A DNA stretch of 54,113 bases, counting the filler, from Circinaria calcarea (taxonomy: Eukaryota): the NCBI GenBank assembly GCA_051942165.1. It is 3 parts of 3 records of this genome, joined end to end, with 100 filler letters (N's around TTAATTAATTAA, not from the genome) between each part and the next. Parts side by side here need not be neighbours in the genome. Positions count along the whole stretch, not along the records: positions 36,151 to 54,113 come from JAVECS010000248.1; 2 more parts are not named here. One strand, given 5' to 3'. The translations under genes were made by a program, and so were the position numbers. Shown here one piece after another: positions 36,151 through 49,305 of this stretch. Below the pieces are notes generated by a model. It made no database searches. It saw nothing but the letters and a program-made list of their open reading frames with translations, and was not told the DNA's origin. Each line of letters opens with the position of its first letter. Position 1 is the first letter of the stretch.

Positions 36151-37339
36151 GGGGGCCGGGAATCTCAACTCGCGCGCATTGGCGTGACTTTGGAGAGAAT
36201 TCTCGCTAGGGAAAAGCTTAGCATGTTCCAATTTCTTTTTTCAATAAGCAGCCAGAGGTGGCGCCATCTCAATGCCAACTAAATTACCCTTTCCGAACAT
36301 CCCTTGAGCCTACAGGTCCAGCAGTGGCTCAACGTCCTCCTGTTAGAAGCCTTGAAGCTTATATTTGGATTTCTTTTTTGGGAGGGGGATGGCTCTCTCC
36401 ACTCCTTAGCACCGTCACAGAGGCAAGGAAGAAGGGAGCGAGATCGGTTTGGAAAGTATAGGGGGCTTACCGAAGTCACGTGTTGGGACGAGCTCCATGC
36501 AACATCTCCTTACACACTTCTCTAAAAAAGCCTATTTTCGCTGCCATAGGCCCCATAGCTAGTTTAGAATAGTCACCTACTATGGCAAATTAATGCATTG
36601 CTCCAACCATTTATGAATGGAAATCTCTCGCCCGGATGCTCGAAACCTCCAAATCCAAAATAAAATCTCTGCACCTCTCTTCCCTGTTTGTTTCAAGCAT
36701 TTCGTGCCGCAACTTCACATAAATACCTGCCCCCAAAGCCGGCGACCATGCCATTGTGATACAACCACTCCCTCTTCCTACAAAATAACGCTGGCGGCCC
36801 CCCAGTTAGGAATCACGGAGGCGTTGTCGTCCGGGGCTGGTGGTCTGTGCGTAGGGCGCGCTAGTAGCGGCAGTAATATGGTAAGCTAGTAATAAAATTA
36901 AAGCACGGGATGCTGGAGGGAAAAAGAGTCGTAGCTAGGGAACTATATACATGTTCCATTCGATCACTTTTTGCTCAGCCCTAACTCAGTTGACACGATC
37001 GATACTTATACCCCTGGGGTCACCCTGAGTACGCGTAATATAATCTCTTTTCTACATCCATCGTTATCTTGATACACCAATACCGAGGGGGCTTTGTTTT
37101 TTTTTTTTTTTCTCGGTAACGCAAAATGCTGTAATACATTGAACGGGAAGATAGATATCCTTCATCTTTGATGAGGTGATGGAGGCCCGGCGATAATGAA
37201 TTAAAAGTCAACGAAGTCGCGGTATTATTGTCGGGGATGGTGGAATTACTGGCATGGGGAAACATCACTGAGAATGGCGCTAGAATATCAGGCCGAAACG
37301 GCTGCATAGATAGCTGTCAAGATGTGATTCGAGTTTGAC

Positions 37340-38459
37340 TTAAATGATTCTGCTGACGACGAAATCAATGACCCTGTCTCCCGGCTCCATCCACGCCTGA
37401 TCCTCGGGATCCCACCCCATATCCTCCCAGCTGCGCAAGCACGCCTTCGTCTCCCACGTCGAGCCCGTCTCGGCCCCGACCTGGTTCCACATCATCTCGA
37501 ATGACGCCGGGTCGTGCCGCCACTGTGGCACCTGCGAGAACCGATTCACCACCCGCTTTCCCTCCAAATTGCCAATCTGGTAACCCACGACCAGCGAGCC
37601 CGGTTTGGAGAGGGCCACCAACTTCTTCGCTGCTTCGACCTGGCCTCTCCACGCCCATTGGTGCATCACGGCCGAGACGGAAATGATATCGACGCGGCCC
37701 CTCAGCGCCAGGAGCGCTGGGTGATCCGACGACAGAATGTCGGCCTCGATAAAGCGCGCGGCAAAGCGATCTTTGTCGTTGAACAGCGCATATCCGACGT
37801 CCCAGTGGCTAACGATGTCGACGCCGTACAGGTTCGTGGAGGGCGCGCCATCAAATACGAGGCGGCGCATGTCTCCACCGAGAAAGCAACCGACGTCCAT
37901 GAGGACATCGCCGGCCCGCAGGCGTTTCAAGATGGTGGGATAGGCGGACGAGCGGGAGATGAACGGGACCAGCCAGACGCCGAGGCCGGTGCATGGATAG
38001 GATCGGATGGCCCATGCTTGATCGCGCTGCAGAACCCATCATTTTGAAGCCATGGTTGAGGTAATGAGAAAATTGGCAGATTATTCATACTCCCTTGCCC
38101 TGTTTGATGAATGAGGGGCCGAGAAAAGGGGGTAGAAAAGGAGAAAAGGGGGTAGGAAAAGAAGAAAAGGTGTATCCATACTATCTCGTGAACATGCTGA
38201 GACTGCTGGTCCGGAGGTACTTTGCTATAGCTCTCAAGTAGCCGCCGAGTCTACTTAGGTAGGTCAGTCCTCGACAGTCTATTAGTAGGGGAGCTGTGGA
38301 GACAGCTAGGGGGGAAACAATTGGACGCAATATGGCTTATACCTCTGGGAGTAGGTGCTTATCAATGTTAGAAAGATACCATGGGTAATCCGTTTTCTTG
38401 CGATCGGATTTGGCATAATCAGGCTCTGAGTATGCTGGTGCTTGCTCCGGAGTCGACAT
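37340..38459 (-). CDS. Class I SAM-dependent methyltransferase (AusD-like fungal family)
   Basis: MSTPEQAPAY...PWYLSNIDKHLLPE|TRRLLESYSKVPPDQQSQHVHEI|RDQAWAIRSYPCTG; SAM motif LMDVGCFLGGDMRRLVFDGAP; LYGVDI; WRHDPASFEMMWNQVG. Confidence 0.88.
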
Positions 38460-38974
38460 TTCTGGTTATTTCAGTAGATAGTAGTACGACGAGTGATACT
38501 GGCTGTCTAAAGTACACGCTCAGCTTGCGGGTATCGATGATAATTAGTGCGCAGGTGCGAGTAGATGTGTTATGGTAACACCCGCAGTTGCCGCCGTGCT
38601 GTCCGGAGCAGTCCCGAGCAGCAAATAGTTCTAATAAATGTGACAACCGGCCAATACGTGAAGGAAGGCTCCTTTAGAAAGAAAGAGCATTACAGGGAGG
38701 CCGTTACGTCTTCAGAAGTAAAGGCGGAATATAGCAGCAGATATGTGTATAGGCGCTATAGATCTCTATGCGTGTATATAGAAAAACACTCTGGGGATGG
38801 CAGAGATATGGAGCAAAACGCGCGCCCTATTATTACAGTTTCCCCCCTTTTTCTCCACGCGATCTAGTCATAATATTCGCCTGTTTCCTTTTCACTTGGG
38901 ACAATTCCGTTCAATTTAAGCAACATTTACCTCGTTCCTCCTTTTTTATATCGCCACCAATATAATCATAAAAG

Positions 38975-40797
38975 CTATTTACCCATATAGGTGGGTAGGT
39001 AAGCCGAGCACTGCTTATCGAAGGTACTCGGCGCGATGAATAACGGCTTGGGGTTGTTATTATACCCAAGGACGACCACTGTCCCGTTACTGGTGCCATA
39101 CTCCGGCCATCCTAACCCGCGCTCCAACCCACGCTCCGGATCATCCGCAAAAGCTGCCCACGCTCTCTGCATCACCTCCTTCATTTGCACCTCTGCCTTA
39201 CTCTCCGGTAAACCACTAACATCCTCACTGGCGCCAAAGATCATCTCCAAGTCCGAGCCATGATACGCACCGCTGGTGGGGTAGAGTCTGAGATTATCCC
39301 AATCGCCGAAATAACGATAGCGCCAGGTGGGAACGCCGGCGTTGGCGCGGTTGGTGGCTTCGAGTGCATGCGGGCAGGTGAAGGTTTCGAGGTTGAAGGC
39401 ATCCCAGTCGGATTGCGGAAGGACGATTTTTTGGGCAAACGCTGTGATTTTATAGTAGCCGGCTTCGTTGTCAGTGTTACCTGCTAGGTAGGGCTGTGGA
39501 ACATAATATCAGCTAGCGGTTTGGATATGATTGCATTCGACGCGGTTTGGGTAGCAGGACGGGGCAACCGTCTTACAATTTTGGCAAATGCACCAGAGGA
39601 GGAACGCTTATAGTAGTCTGCAAAGATGGTTATATTGTCATCCGTTGGTTGAAAAGCTGGCTGGGAACGGGCCTGACTCGAAGCTGGAGGTGGAAGGACT
39701 TTGGCAGCAGCGGCTTTGATATCAGTGAAGTTTTTGCTTCTCATACAAGGCATCACGTCTCCCGAACTCCCACAACCCAGTAATGCCGAAGCATTATACC
39801 AATTCTTCGCGGCAAGCTCAGGCGAGTTGATGGGAAAGCTAAAGACATTGCCAGATTGCGAGATCAGACCACTGACGATAGGATCGTTCGGATACGCATA
39901 CGACCAATAGTCTACCGCCGAACTTCCGGAAGACTGCCCGAAGATGGTGATTTTACATGGGTCACCTCCGAACGCAGCGACGTTGTCGCGGACCCATTCC
40001 ACTGCAAGTCGTTGATCCTGCAATCCAAGGTTTTGGGATTCACCCGGTGCACCTGGATAACCAAAGATGTTGATTCGAAAGTTGAAAGAGACCACAATTA
40101 CATCTTGAGCATCGGCAAAATACTGTCCGTTATAGAACGGGGAGTTGGTGGCGCCAATGGAGTATCCTTGACATGTCAAATCAGTTGGCAATCACCAATT
40201 CAGTTCTAGATATACCTACTGCCGCCATGGAAGAATACGAGGACGGGTTTGTTAAACCTAGGAGTTGCTTTTCCCCAAACGTTCAAATACAGACAATCTT
40301 CACTTTGAGTCTTGTTGTACTGGTTTGCAAATATGGCAACAATCCGGAGCTCTTGAGCAGTTGCTTCAGGATAGGCGACAGGTCTTGATGGTGTCTGAGG
40401 GCAGTCACTGCGGTCTATATCAATTGCAGGCTCTAGTCATTTCGATACTCGACGTCAATTTACTTTGGCTATAGAATTTGAATGCATTAGAGGCTATTGC
40501 AGTACCGGATTTGGGAGAAGCTCGACTGACAAATTCAGATGCGATAAGTGGCTCGGTGGTGTTATATCTCTCTGGCGGCGCAAATCGAAGGGAACCTAGT
40601 GGAGGCTTCGCATAAGGGATGCCCAGGTACTCGATGACATTGCTGCGATTGGGTGCTTGATGGCCTGTTATCGGTCCGTTGAGGGTTTGCACGGTAAGAG
40701 ATAAGGATTTTGCACTGCCCTTCCCATGAGTCGGTGAAGCCTTGATGGATAGCAAGAATACCGAAGTTAAGGCAAGGAATAGAATGAATCTTTCCAT
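38975..40797 (-). CDS. Secreted type-B carboxylesterase/lipase
   Basis: Signal peptide MERFILFLALTSVFLLSIKA; YLGIPYAKPPLGSLRFAPP; EDCLYLNVW; GLQDQRLAVEWVRDNVAAFGGDP; nucleophile FGQSSG; NEAG; GAYHGSDL. Confidence 0.92.
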
Positions 40798-41365
40798 GTT
40801 GGGAAGTAGGGAGGAGACGTAATTCCATGTACAAGTACCACAGTACGTTGTTGAGCCGGGTAGTAAGGCAGTGCCAATAGCCTACACCACCACACAGGGG
40901 TGTCACCGGCAAGAGTGAAGGGGGCCATTTTTGGGTCGAGAGGGTTACACACGAAACCCTAGCGACTCCTTGCGCCATCATCACCCCACCCCACCTGAGT
41001 AAGGATCATCAGAATCCTACACCTTCAGACCGTAGTTAAAGACTTCATAAGTTTATACACTTCAGTATACCCTACTCCGCAACCTTCTCCCATGACCGTA
41101 TTCCTAGCACGATCCAATTTTGGGGGGGGGCCCGCTATGATACGGTCAAAAGGCCTTTGAATGTTTCGATAGCAAAGTCTGAAGCTTTGCGAGGCAGGGA
41201 GGTCGAACTTCAAAAGCTAGGCACCTATGTATCCGTGCTCGAGTTGATCATCGTTTGTCCGTTATGCATCCATATCATTCGTCATTATTTGATCCAAGGG
41301 GATTGGTTTAATAAGCTTCGAAAGTGCAGTCTATCCTCCTATCTAATGTGCAACTTCCCCAAAAA

Positions 41366-43523
41366 TCACCATCCAAATCTCTCCTCATGCCACCAAACCT
41401 CCCTCCCAGCTCTCACCCACCGCCCCACCTCCCTCCGCAGATCCCTCCCTAGACCCGCAGGACCACATACCAGGACGGCCACTCTTCCCCTGCTCCTCTT
41501 CGGCTCGTTAAGACCGAAAACACCGTCAACGAGAGTGTGTAGGTCTGGGCGGTGGTAGTCGATTGCTGCGAAAGATGGAGTCGGTGAGGTGTTTGTGGAG
41601 GCAGAGTAGGCGGAGCCCGTGATGTAGAGTTTGAAATCCGTGAGGCCTGGAACGGGGCGATTCTGCGATGTTAAGTTCAGGGCGTCGAGACCCCATTGTG
41701 CATCGCGGAGGTTGCGGACGCTCCAGGCGAAGTGGATGCGTAGGAAAGGTTGGGTCTTGCAGTTGGAATACGAATTCGTTCCAGCGAGATCGAGGAGTTC
41801 AACGTTTTCGGCGTACTCTTGGGATTGGGAGTTTTTGTTGAGATCTTCATCATCAGACTGGTCACGGTGCCGGATCGAAGAAGGTACGAGATTCGAGATT
41901 CTGTTCACCAGGTCAAGGTAGATTGGCAGCGTAAACGTTGCTCCGACACCTCCTGCAACTAATAAAATCGTGTCGTAGCTTAGCAGGTCTGGGAAGTTTT
42001 TGGCTGCGCCGTAGGGTCGCTCCATGATGAACGGTCGAGGGGATTTCGGACTCTCGCGAGCTAGACGGCCTAGAGATTTCGTCGTACCGTTTAGCTCTCG
42101 GACGACGAGTTGAATGGCTTTTGTGTCTTGAGATGGGACGTTGGCGATTGAGTATGGGTTCATACTAGTGGAACGCGGAAAGTATTTACGAAGTTGTGGC
42201 GAGGAGAGATAAATATGTTGGCCGGGGAAATGTGTATATTGACTGACTGATTTTGGGGGCTTAATTGAGATGGCGACGAGGGAAGTGTTTGGCAATAAAG
42301 CGAGAGTTGCGTGGACAAGGCGTTGGTTGAGGTAGTAGCGTTGAAGGCTCAAAACAACAAAGATGGCTGCAGTCTCTAATATGTGAATGCGGATAGGTGA
42401 TACATGAAAGTAAAGAATGACTAGAACGGCTGGGGATAGGGTGATGTGGATGATGTAGAAGAGATGGTACGAATAGGTACGGATCGCAGAAAGGGTGGAT
42501 GTACCGATGACGAGGAAGCAGATGATTGCGGCCAGACCTAGCTGGACATCCGTATCCCGGATTCGTTTGGACAGGAGGGAGGCTTGAACATAAAAGTTAA
42601 GGTATAAGACGGCGTGCATTGAAAAGAAGGCGATCAAGATACGTCCTAGAAGACGATGGTAAGGGTTGAGCTCTTCGTGGGAGAGCGACGTGATGAGCTG
42701 TATAGGGTCGTAGGGGGTTTTGGCAGACAAAAGGTAGTGGATAGGTAACTGAGAGGCAGCTACTATGCCGAATCGCTTCGTGAGGTGGAGATAGTCTATG
42801 CAGTCAGTATTAGAATATCTCTCCATATGATGTATGAGGATATTTCTTGTCACACATATGATTTAGGGGCAAGAAAGATGATGTATTTAAAGAGTCTTCA
42901 ACAAACCTTCTCAGGAACGATTCGACATGGCCTCCAAGCGATTTCTAGTCTAAAGCGAGAGAACATATGAACCGCAATAACAGCTTTCTAAGGTAGGAGT
43001 TGGGGAAACCAAGCAACAGAGAGAGAGCCCGAGGTAAAAAATGCTAAGTCTCTATCGGCTCTTCGCCAGGCGAGAACCCGTTTTGAAAGAAAGGAAGACA
43101 GTAGCATCCCATCATACGAAATCAGAGAAAACGATCTAACCTACCATCTCCAGTTTCCCGTACCACACACCATCCTAACCAGACGAACCAGACCGCCGCG
43201 GCAATGGCCTCCTTCCTAGTCCCCCAGCCCACCCACACCTCTCCGTCCATCCACCATGCAAGCTTCCTCCATACTTTCAATATAGACGCCGCTACGTTTC
43301 GAGACCTCCTACCACTCGTGTTCCCGTGCTCTTCCTCTCCGCTCTCTACTTTCCCATAGACTGCAAGATACCGGAGTAAACGATATGATATATTTGTTAA
43401 CCGGATCAAGAACAGGGGAAGCAGGATAGAGAGCTGGGCCATGTTTGCATAGCGGTCGAGAAGATGCCGGCGCTGGAGCACTTGCTCGGGCCCGAGTTTG
43501 GAGAAATGATAGGGCCAGTCCAT
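41366..43523 (-). CDS. Ferric reductase-like transmembrane oxidoreductase (FRE/NOX superfamily)
   Basis: MDWPYHF...VVRETGD|DYLHLTKRFGIVAASQLPIHYLL; heme His in YHRLLGRI..MHAVLY and YIIHI..YFHV; PGQHIYL; NPYSI; LLVAGGVGATF; VLVCGPAGL; HEERFGW. One intron at 42796-43144. Confidence 0.9.
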
Positions 43524-44308
43524 TCTATGGCCAATAAGGATGGAAGAATTAGGCCTAGCCTGAAACGTTGTACAAAAAGACGGAAGTTGTTTGACACCAG
43601 ACTCAAAGATCGAAATGCTCAGGTATACAGTGCAGCAAGCCTTTCTTATGAATCTGAGAGTCGAAGAGCTACCACCAGTGATGGGCCGCTGAGGCATGCA
43701 GGCGAACGTCCAGTAGAAGGTTCCCTATTCACAGATAATACAAATGCTGAGAAGGAAAAGAGACAGATACGACGGTTTGTACAGGAACAAGTCTACTTTT
43801 GTGATTTGTAAGGTTGTATACTGACAGGATCGAAATTGTGGTCGCTTCAGCGACACCGACCATTGGTAAGCGTAAGCGTCGGGGCCGGATGGTTGAGAAT
43901 GTGAATCCTCGGCCTTTCGACTCCACTCCCTCTCCATTTGAAAGAATGCTGGCAAGGTTAGAAACCTTACCTATACCGCGCTACGGATCGCAACCGATGA
44001 TACTCTGTATACGATAACCAGTTACCTGGAGACTTGACTGCACATGACTGCACCTGACTGCTAGGTGGAGCTCGCGTTTCTTGCACATTACTGTTGATAA
44101 CATCTGGGAGTATACAGAAGATTATCCATAAGGAGAAGGTTTCTAAAATACAATCCACTCCACTCCCGTGACGTTGGAGTACTAGAACAAGGTTCTCTTT
44201 CTGTGTAAATAGAGCCTTTCTGCCGATATCCTCCAGGTTCATTACCCTCTCCCAATAACTCTAACGCTACACAATCCTGACTTACAGATGTCGAAACTTC
44301 GGATCTTG

Positions 44309-46709
44309 TCACTGCATTTCAACCTCCATCTCCGCTTTGAGGTTCGAAGAGCTGTTCCTTCCATTCTCTCGCTTTCCGATGCCCATGCCCAGTCCAGAAA
44401 TACCCGCCGCCAGCGATGACATCGTCGCGGCGGCACCGCTGGAGATGGCTTTACCGGGTGCACCTGTACCAACAGCATTGTCGGCCGTCTCCACGCCTGT
44501 TAGAACTGTAAAGGGACCATTATCTCCCACGGCTGGGCTACGTTGACGGTGGCGAGGGGGCCTTCCATTCATTTCAGCATCCGTGCGTCCGAAGAGTTCA
44601 TTCCACCACCTGACTTCACCTTGTTTGGGGAAAAGGAGCCGTTCTTGACCGCGTACATTGTCATCAATCGTATCATCATATTTATCGTTGAGAAATTGTT
44701 CTTTTCGGGAAAGGAAATAGTCCCATACGCTCCTTGTCCTATCTCGAACCTTTGCTTCGACCCGCTCTTTCTCATTATTGTAAAGAAATGTGCCGTACTG
44801 GCACGAGTAAAGATGATAGAGTAATCTCCTAAGGAAGCGTTCATTGAACTCGAAGCGAGTAGGATGCTGATAGAGGAGTTGATATGTGGCATCGAGGAAT
44901 TGATGGAAAACAGGACTTGTTTCTTTAACCTTGGTAATGTGTTTCTCAGTACCGCCTCCTTTGCTGGGTGCTGAGGTTTTCTTTGCATTAGATAGATCGG
45001 CTTCGAAGGACTGCAACTCTCCATCAGAATCGGCAATTGATTCTCGACTCTTGTTATCCTTGTTGAAGAATCCTTTGGCACTTAGTAACGCGTTCTCGAT
45101 AGCGTTACCAGCTCCACTGTTGTTACCGAAACCGGGTCGGTTACCTTCGCCGCCAATTCTCTCATTTTCAATTACAAACCACTTCTCACTTGATAGAAAG
45201 CCAGATCGGTGTGCAAACATGTGTCCGAAAGAAAGCCAGTCCTTCTCGACTAGCACGATAAAACCTTCCAGAGTGCGATAGTAAGGATCAAGGCATATCT
45301 GGGCCAGGGCACTCAGCTGACTAGTCCTATCCCATCCGTCCGAGCAATGTATAAGAACATGGGAATGCTGAAGGCCTACTTGTCTTGCAATAAGACCTGC
45401 TCCATCAAGCACCCCCCCAATGTGCTTCAGCCACCCGCTCTTAGCCAGTATGTCTCGATTGGGCGCGAGTGGCGTGAGATCCGACTCTTTCAGGGCATCT
45501 GTTACTTTGTTCAACGAATCCCGCATAACATGGATGTTGTCGATTCCTAAATATACCTTAGTAGCGAAGCGATAATGGTCCATATTCTCCGAGCCAAGCC
45601 CTACTGCTTGCATGGCATAAGCATTCACCGTAGGTCTAGCGTCGACAATCAAATTATGCTGCTGAGCTCCGTAAACATGCGGTTTCTCATTTTGATCCTC
45701 AGTTGTGATCCGAGAAATAGCTTCATCTTCGAGCGCTTCTGTATCTAAATCACTTGGCTCAGGACTGAAGGACGGTACGTCACCTTCACTAGATCTTGGT
45801 GAATGGCTCGTCGGTGGAGTCGATGACGGCTCTGACGACCCTGTTCGTGAACGGGAGGTTGAAAATATAGCCAGTAACAGCTTCTCATCTTGTATACTCC
45901 GATTTCCCCGTACACCTACTAATGGCTGTGAACTTCGAGTAATCGAGCAATTGTTGATAGGATGAAGATATGCGAGGACCGGCAGGCGGACTTTCGACCG
46001 ATATCTACCTGCAAATTTTAAGGTGTTGTCTGAAATTGTGGAGGGTACTGGAAGAAAGGCGGGATATGTTGGTGAAAACTATATGGTACTTGAGCGTCAT
46101 CATTTGTAGCATGATCGCATGCGCTACATACATCGTAGTCCGCGTTTATGTTCGATATTCTCCAGCCCTTGTCCGTCCCCTTTTCACTGATTCCTAGCCG
46201 CCTCCACTCTTTTCGAGCATCGTATACATCCCAACCGTTAACCTCCTTTTCAGGACGTGGCGGCTCGTAGCTGAAGGCATAAAGCTTTTCTATCCTCCCT
46301 AGTTTACAGGTCCATGCTTTGATACTATCGTACACATCTCGAGCTTTTTTCTCATCGGCAAAGCAAAAGCACACAAAGGTAAAGTCCCTGCATCGAAGTC
46401 TTATCGAGGAGGGTAGATGTGAAGCAGGCGGTGATGGACGTAGTGTGCATATTTGTATGATGGGATAGGTAATCCATAGTTCCCTCGGTTTTCTTTGTGA
46501 GCTCTTTTCAGGAGTATTACTGGGGACATCGTCAACAGCAGGGCTCGGTGTATGAGAGAATATGAGGTGATGCGGTGTGAGGTGAAGGGTGCCCTCGACT
46601 TGCTCGCCGCGGCGGACGAGTTTGACTTCGTCTACCTGGCCATAGTTAAGCCTCTTTACTGAAATAGGCCCTCAATTGTGCTGACCTTTGCTATGCGTGT
46701 CCTCTCCAT
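44309..46709 (-). CDS. YMR1: Myotubularin-family phosphoinositide 3-phosphatase
   Basis: MERTRIAK|V..GTLHLTPHHLIF; GWRISNINADY; IVDARPTVNA; catalytic LIHCSDGWDRTSQL; LVEKDWLSFGHMF; SPVFHQFLD; YSCQYGTFL. Confidence 0.93.
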
Positions 46710-46905
46710 CCTGGAATGCTGCGAATTCAAACCATGAGGACCGAATGGGTGCCCCCGGACTGACGAAACCGGTAGGCACGGTTTGCACTCTCCAGAATCA
46801 GTCCAACACTGAATGTTTAGCAGTAGCAAGCAAGATGAAGTTCAGTGTCGGCATCAGATAGATCTAAAGTTTCACATGACTTTGAGCCTCAGGCTTGGGA
46901 GTAGA

Positions 46906-46920
46906 GGGGTCAGTCACCCC
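46906..46920 (+). promoter_or_regulatory. Possible Homol-D-like element (CAGTCAC) upstream of RPS3
   Basis: GGGGTCAGTCACCCC lies ~160 bp upstream of the RPS3 ATG. CAGTCAC is the core of the Homol-D box known from fungal ribosomal protein promoters. Confidence 0.35.
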
Positions 46921-47078
46921 GGTCCCTAATCGGAAACGGCCGAGGGTTTATCCTTTAAGCGACCCCACGCACGATACTTGCGAATTACAGCAACAAACCC
47001 GAGCACTGAGAATCCCATTCAACGTCTCGATCAATCAATTTACCTATCCAACAACCTCCTCCCTCGGTCACCGCCATC

Positions 47079-47994
47079 ATGGCTGCCACTTCTGCTCAGA
47101 CTGGTCCCGTCTCCAAGCGTAGAAAGTTTGTAGCAGATGGCGTGTTCTACGCCGAACTGAACGAATTCTTCCAGCGTGAGCTTGCAGAGGAGGGCTACTC
47201 CGGCGTTGAAGTCCGAGTTACTCCTACCGTGACTGATATCAGTAAGCTTGTCCTGAATCTTTATTGGTGAATTGAGTTGCTGAACCTTTTGTGCAGTCAT
47301 TCGCGCTACACATACCCAAGAAGTTCTGGGCGAGCAAGGTCGCCGCATTCGAGAGCTCACGTCGCTCATCCAGAAACGCTTTAAATTCCCCGAAAACTCT
47401 GTCTCCCTATACGCGGCCAAGGTTCAAAACCGTGGTCTATCTGCCGTTGCCCAATGCGAGTCTTTACGTTACAAACTACTCAACGGATTGGCTGTGAGGA
47501 GGGCCTGTTATGGTGTCCTACGGTTTATCATGGAAAGTGGAGCTAAGGGTTGCGAGGTCGTGGTATCGGGCAAGCTACGCGCTGCTCGTGCCAAGAGCAT
47601 GAAGTTTACTGTGAGTATCTACATTGATATATCTAAAGTAATAAAACCCCTGACCCATCAACAGGACGGTTTCATGATCCACTCCGGTCAGCCAGCCAAA
47701 GACTTCATCGACTCTGCTACTCGTCACGTTCTTCTTCGTCAAGGCGTTCTTGGTATCAAGGTCAAAATCATGCGCGGTTCAGACCCAGAAGGCAAGTCCG
47801 GCCCGCAGAAGTCGTTACCCGACTCGGTTACCATTATTGAACCAAAGGAAGAGCAATCGGTTGTGCAGCCAATGAGTCAAGACTACGGTGCCAAGGCCGT
47901 TGCTGCCCAGCAAGCGGCTGAGCAGCAGAGATTGGCCGAGCAGCAAGAGCAGGCTGGGCAGCAAGGGGGTGAAGATTATGGTGCGGAGGAGTAA
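47079..47994 (+). CDS. RPS3: 40S ribosomal protein S3 (uS3)
   Basis: [92 protein letters not shown]. Two introns. Confidence 0.98.
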
Positions 47995-49305
47995 AGGAAC
48001 GGACAATCCATAACGAACGTGATGTACTGGAAGAAATGTGCGAGGAAGCGTTCGCACTGTCTGCTACTGGAGGCTCAGAGATGTATGCTTGGCGGCATAG
48101 GTTGAAACTTAATTGTACCTTCAATCAGATGACAATCACATCTTCTTTAAAGCTCTTTACATACCTAATCCAGTAATCCCCTGTCATGCTCACATGTGGG
48201 CAAGGAAAAAGAGTCGCTCTTGAATGTGGTCACCATTTTCCAGTCCTGCGAAGCAATTCATAATCCCAGTTTGCAAGTTGCGCTGATACTTCACGCTCTG
48301 CCTAATGACTACCTTCCATAATGTATCACAATGCAACTTGAGCTGCTCGAATTACCGGTAACGATTATACGGGCTAGATCGATCCCTTTTTGATTTTCCA
48401 CAAACTCCAAAGGATCGAGGGATCTCTCGTATTTATTCATCAACTAGCTCCTATCAACCAGCAGAAATATCCACCCGTTCGCATTGTTCGTATCGGACAA
48501 ATTCTATTATCAAAGCTATGATGGTAGATTGGGATCTCAGTTCCGTCTCCCGGAAAGCAGAAAGACCATACTCCAGGCCCCCTTCCCATCCTTCCTACAA
48601 CCAATCAAGTCGTCCTTTTCCCTCGGTTTTTTGAAGGATACCCAGCACCCAAAGCCCCCCGTCATGTTTTCCCGTAAGGAATCACGCATAAGGTAATTAC
48701 CCCAGTCTGAGTGTCTTGGGGCGGTGCACTTTACTTGCATCTCTCATCCATCCTCCATCCCAAACTTCACTATCCGAAACCAAAAGCAATCTCCGGCTTC
48801 GATTCTTGTTACGGAACGAGGAGATGCAGTATGCTAGATTGTATGCGAGTTTAAAAGGGGGAAGCAGTTTCCAAGCGTACATCACCAATCATTTCCTGCC
48901 CGCTGCCAGTCTCTGCTCTCCCTTTCCCTCACGGCTCTTCCCTTTTCCTTCCCCCATCACCACCCCTCTCCCTTCTACGGCCCACCTCCCACCAAGCCTG
49001 AACCTTGAGAGAACCACTTGCATCCCTCCTAGACGGCGCTTCTTGCTGCGCCACCTCTCTACGAACATCACAGGCTGCCTGTAGGCGTGGATGCAGCGAA
49101 GAGGGATGAGAATGAATTCTGGAGGGGAAAGGGGAAAGGATGAAGGATGGTAAGATGTCCGAGGTGTTTGGGGATAAATAGGGAACGAGGGTAAGGACCG
49201 AGGGAATGAGGAGGAGTGTTACTAACTAGGGATTTAGAATCAAGGAATCAAAGGACGCCGCTTGTCATATAGCATGGAATAAGGAGCAAAATCTAAGTGG
49301 TCTAG

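Noticed and set aside
36258..37307. Short ORFs after the second gap
   Set aside because: No domain similarity or convincing gene structure, and they do not look like the missing P450 3' end.
48484..49260. ORFs between RPS3 and FRS1 (e.g. 48716-49084)
   Set aside because: Purine/pyrimidine-skewed low-complexity sequence between convergent 3' ends with no recognisable protein features.
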